From positions 1-34,844 of the forward strand of contig JAHJTO010000041.1 of NCBI GenBank assembly GCA_018829845.1: a stretch of DNA of 34,844 nt, given 5' to 3'. This stretch comes from Nanobdellota archaeon. Its GTDB lineage: Archaea; Nanobdellota; Nanobdellia; Pacearchaeales; JAHJTO01. The notes beneath the pieces are model-generated. The model did no database searches. It worked only from the letters and a program-made list of their open reading frames with translations, and was not told the origin of the DNA. Position 1 is the first letter of the stretch; each line of letters starts with the position of its first letter. Position numbers and translations under genes: made by a program. This document shows, piece after piece, positions 33,070 through 34,844 of the stretch.

Positions 33070-34440
33070 ATGGTAGATCTTGAAAAGCATATTGATGAAA
33101 TAGTAAGATTGTATGTAGTTAAAAAGAAGGGGTGCGCACTTATAGGAAAAGGGTATGGGGCGAAGAGGTATGCTATAGGGAAGATTCTTAGAAATAGGGG
33201 AATTGAATTGAAAAAGAGGGGAAAGTATTCTGAAATGAATCGCTTAACTGACTGGAAAAAAGAGTATGAACTGCATCCTGAATGGAAGGGGAAGAATTCA
33301 TCGCAGATAGCATATGAGACTGAATCAGGACTACTTAATTTTTATAGGGCATTTAGAAAATGGGTTCAAAAAAACATTAAAGATGAAAATCTGAGGAAAA
33401 GATCTTCTTGTGAGGTTTTAGGATTGAGGGAGAATTTGACTCAGGAAAGAATTGACCAGCGTTTTTTTGATCTTTATAAGAGTCTTGACAGGATTCCAAC
33501 AGTAAGGGAAGTGGGGGCTGCCTGTGGGGGTGTGATGACGGCAATATTCAGGGGAGAATATTTCAAGAGCATAACAACCTATCTAGGCTATCTCAGGCAC
33601 CATGGACTTTATGATCCATCTGAGGAAAAGGATCTTACCCGGGAGGAAATGAAGGCTGAATTTTATAAATGCAAGAAAAAACTGGGGAGGGATCCCCTCA
33701 GAAAGGAGATATTCCACAGCTGTCCTGGATTTGAAAGGGCGCTTAAGAATGAAAGATATTCTAGAGGAGTAAATAACTATCGGAAGTTTATGATAAGTAT
33801 TGGTGAAAAAGCAAATCATGTTGAGAGGAACTACTGGAAGGGACATCCTAGGAGAATAATCAGGGCATACTGGACAGAGAAAAAATTGAATAAGAATTTG
33901 AAGAGAAAAGATTTCGCAGCCAGATGTTCCGGAGCATGGGATGTCATACAAAACGGAGAATTCAAAAAAGGAATTACAACATGGAATGGATTCAAAAGAT
34001 ATCTTGGGGAGGAGATAAAATATCCCCATGATCGAACATGGTCTCCTGAAAAGGTACTGAAGGCATACTATGATCAGAAGAAAGAGTTAGGAAGAAATCC
34101 AACCTGTAAAGAATTTATAGCCAGAAACGGAGGAGCAATAAACACTATAAGGAGAAGAACCTATGATCCCTCTATCTCAACATATAATGGATTCCTAATC
34201 TCCCTTGGGGAAAAGGTGATGCGAAAGATATCTCTAAAAAAAGGAAAAGATGTATGGACAAAAGAAGATTTCATAGACGCATACACTTTTCTGGAGAGGG
34301 AAAGGGGAAGAAAACCTCCAAGAGATATGTTCATGAATTATTATGGTCAAGAACCTTTCAAGCAGATGAAAAAAAGAAAAATTGATGGAGTAAGAAACTG
34401 GGGTGATCTGGAAAGAATTGTTAATAGCACTCAAAGATAA
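33070..34440 (+). CDS. Paralog of the preceding gene: N-terminal HTH-like module plus about six of the same ~60-aa repeats
   Basis: Repeat ends: TTYLGYLRHHGL, NNYRKFMISIGE, TTWNGFKRYLGE, STYNGFLISLGE, RNWGDLERIVNS. The N-terminus GCALIGKGYGAKRYAIGKILRNRGIELKKRG resembles the modules of ORF 19314-20012. Confidence 0.6.
   Translation: MVDLEKHIDEIVRLYVVKKKGCALIGKGYGAKRYAIGKILRNRGIELKKRGKYSEMNRLTDWKKEYELHPEWKGKNSSQIAYETESGLLNFYRAFRKWVQKNIKDENLRKRSSCEVLGLRENLTQERIDQRFFDLYKSLDRIPTVREVGAACGGVMTAIFRGEYFKSITTYLGYLRHHGLYDPSEEKDLTREEMKAEFYKCKKKLGRDPLRKEIFHSCPGFERALKNERYSRGVNNYRKFMISIGEKANHVERNYWKGHPRRIIRAYWTEKKLNKNLKRKDFAARCSGAWDVIQNGEFKKGITTWNGFKRYLGEEIKYPHDRTWSPEKVLKAYYDQKKELGRNPTCKEFIARNGGAINTIRRRTYDPSISTYNGFLISLGEKVMRKISLKKGKDVWTKEDFIDAYTFLERERGRKPPRDMFMNYYGQEPFKQMKKRKIDGVRNWGDLERIVNSTQR
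34234..34307 (+). repeat. 74-nt tract identical to 32853-32926
   Basis: See the partner copy. A second identical 22-mer, TGATCTGGAAAGAATTGTTAAT, occurs at 33023-33044 and 34404-34425. Confidence 0.85.
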
Positions 34441-34844
34441 AAATCTTTGAAATTCCCTATTATATCAAGAAGATGGGATTTGGCTAAAATATTAAATTCT
34501 CCGATCCTTGAACTGTATTGGGATCCTTTTGGATAGATGAGAATTATTCCATCCCCCAATTTTTTTGGTGATGCTCTCATGAGCTCAACTTCTTTTGCCC
34601 TCAGAGCCACAAAATTTCCCCTGTAATTTTTAGGATCAAAGAATGACATCAAAATTTCTGGTTGGAGATTGAAATATTCCTTGACAATCTTCTCTTTCAG
34701 ATTAAATTGTTCATAGCCCAGACCAAGCCTTGGACCATGCTGAAGAACCTTTGAGAATTTTTCTATATGAAATCCTTTTTCAAAATCAAGCGTCGCATCC
34801 TCTCCCAGCTCGGTCAGATCTTCCAATCTGAATTTGATGGCGTC
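34431..34844 (-). CDS. Hypothetical protein; the 5' end possibly runs off the window
   Basis: The ORF stays open to the window edge upstream of the listed Met (..DAIKFRLEDLTELGED). No domain recognised. Confidence 0.4.
   Translation of the reverse strand, partial: DAIKFRLEDLTELGEDATLDFEKGFHIEKFSKVLQHGPRLGLGYEQFNLKEKIVKEYFNLQPEILMSFFDPKNYRGNFVALRAKEVELMRASPKKLGDGIILIYPKGSQYSSRIGEFNILAKSHLLDIIGNFKDFYL

Noticed and set aside
1-34844. CRISPR arrays, tRNA/rRNA genes, IS elements
   Set aside because: No regularly spaced direct repeats, no tRNA-like T-arm/acceptor sequences, no long GC-rich rRNA-like tracts, and no transposase-like ORFs were seen on either strand.

Overview
AT-rich window (about one third GC by eye) that looks like a small-genome archaeon, possibly DPANN-like. 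Support: an archaeal/eukaryal-type GluRS, Elp3, an AbrB-PhoU regulator, a LAGLIDADG intein, and TATA-like boxes 20-30 nt upstream of several starts. Lineage cannot be confirmed without a database search.

Three sectors:
1. 1-10.2 kb is housekeeping. It holds a TrxR-ferredoxin-HTH-NifS/IscS-DUF1858-IscU Fe-S cluster operon, in which IscU is split by a full-length intein. It also holds lgt, a membrane-anchored wHTH, a U32 peptidase, DUF1003, an HMA-permease gene, and a truncated copA remnant.
2. 10.2-20 kb is mixed. Recognisable genes are DJ-1/PfpI-lspA, gltX with a Lys-rich N-terminal extension, and elp3. The rest are ORFans: an acidic disordered protein, a 498-aa protein, and HTH-repeat proteins.
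3. 20-34.8 kb is an ORFan-rich accessory region of tightly coupled minus-strand operons. Recognisable folds are limited to an APH-like kinase, a HAD hydrolase, a lipobox lipoprotein, a multi-HTH protein with a methyltransferase-like C-terminus, and a divergent AbrB-PhoU regulator. Two tandem paralogs built from homing-endonuclease-associated-type repeats follow.

The two most distinctive non-coding signals:
- A family of CATGC...GCATG A/T-tract hairpins. At four gene starts they place a GGAG(G) in the loop and the start codon in the 3' arm.
- A shared TATA-containing promoter module upstream of three island operons.

I recognised no rRNA, tRNA, CRISPR array, transposase or integrase.
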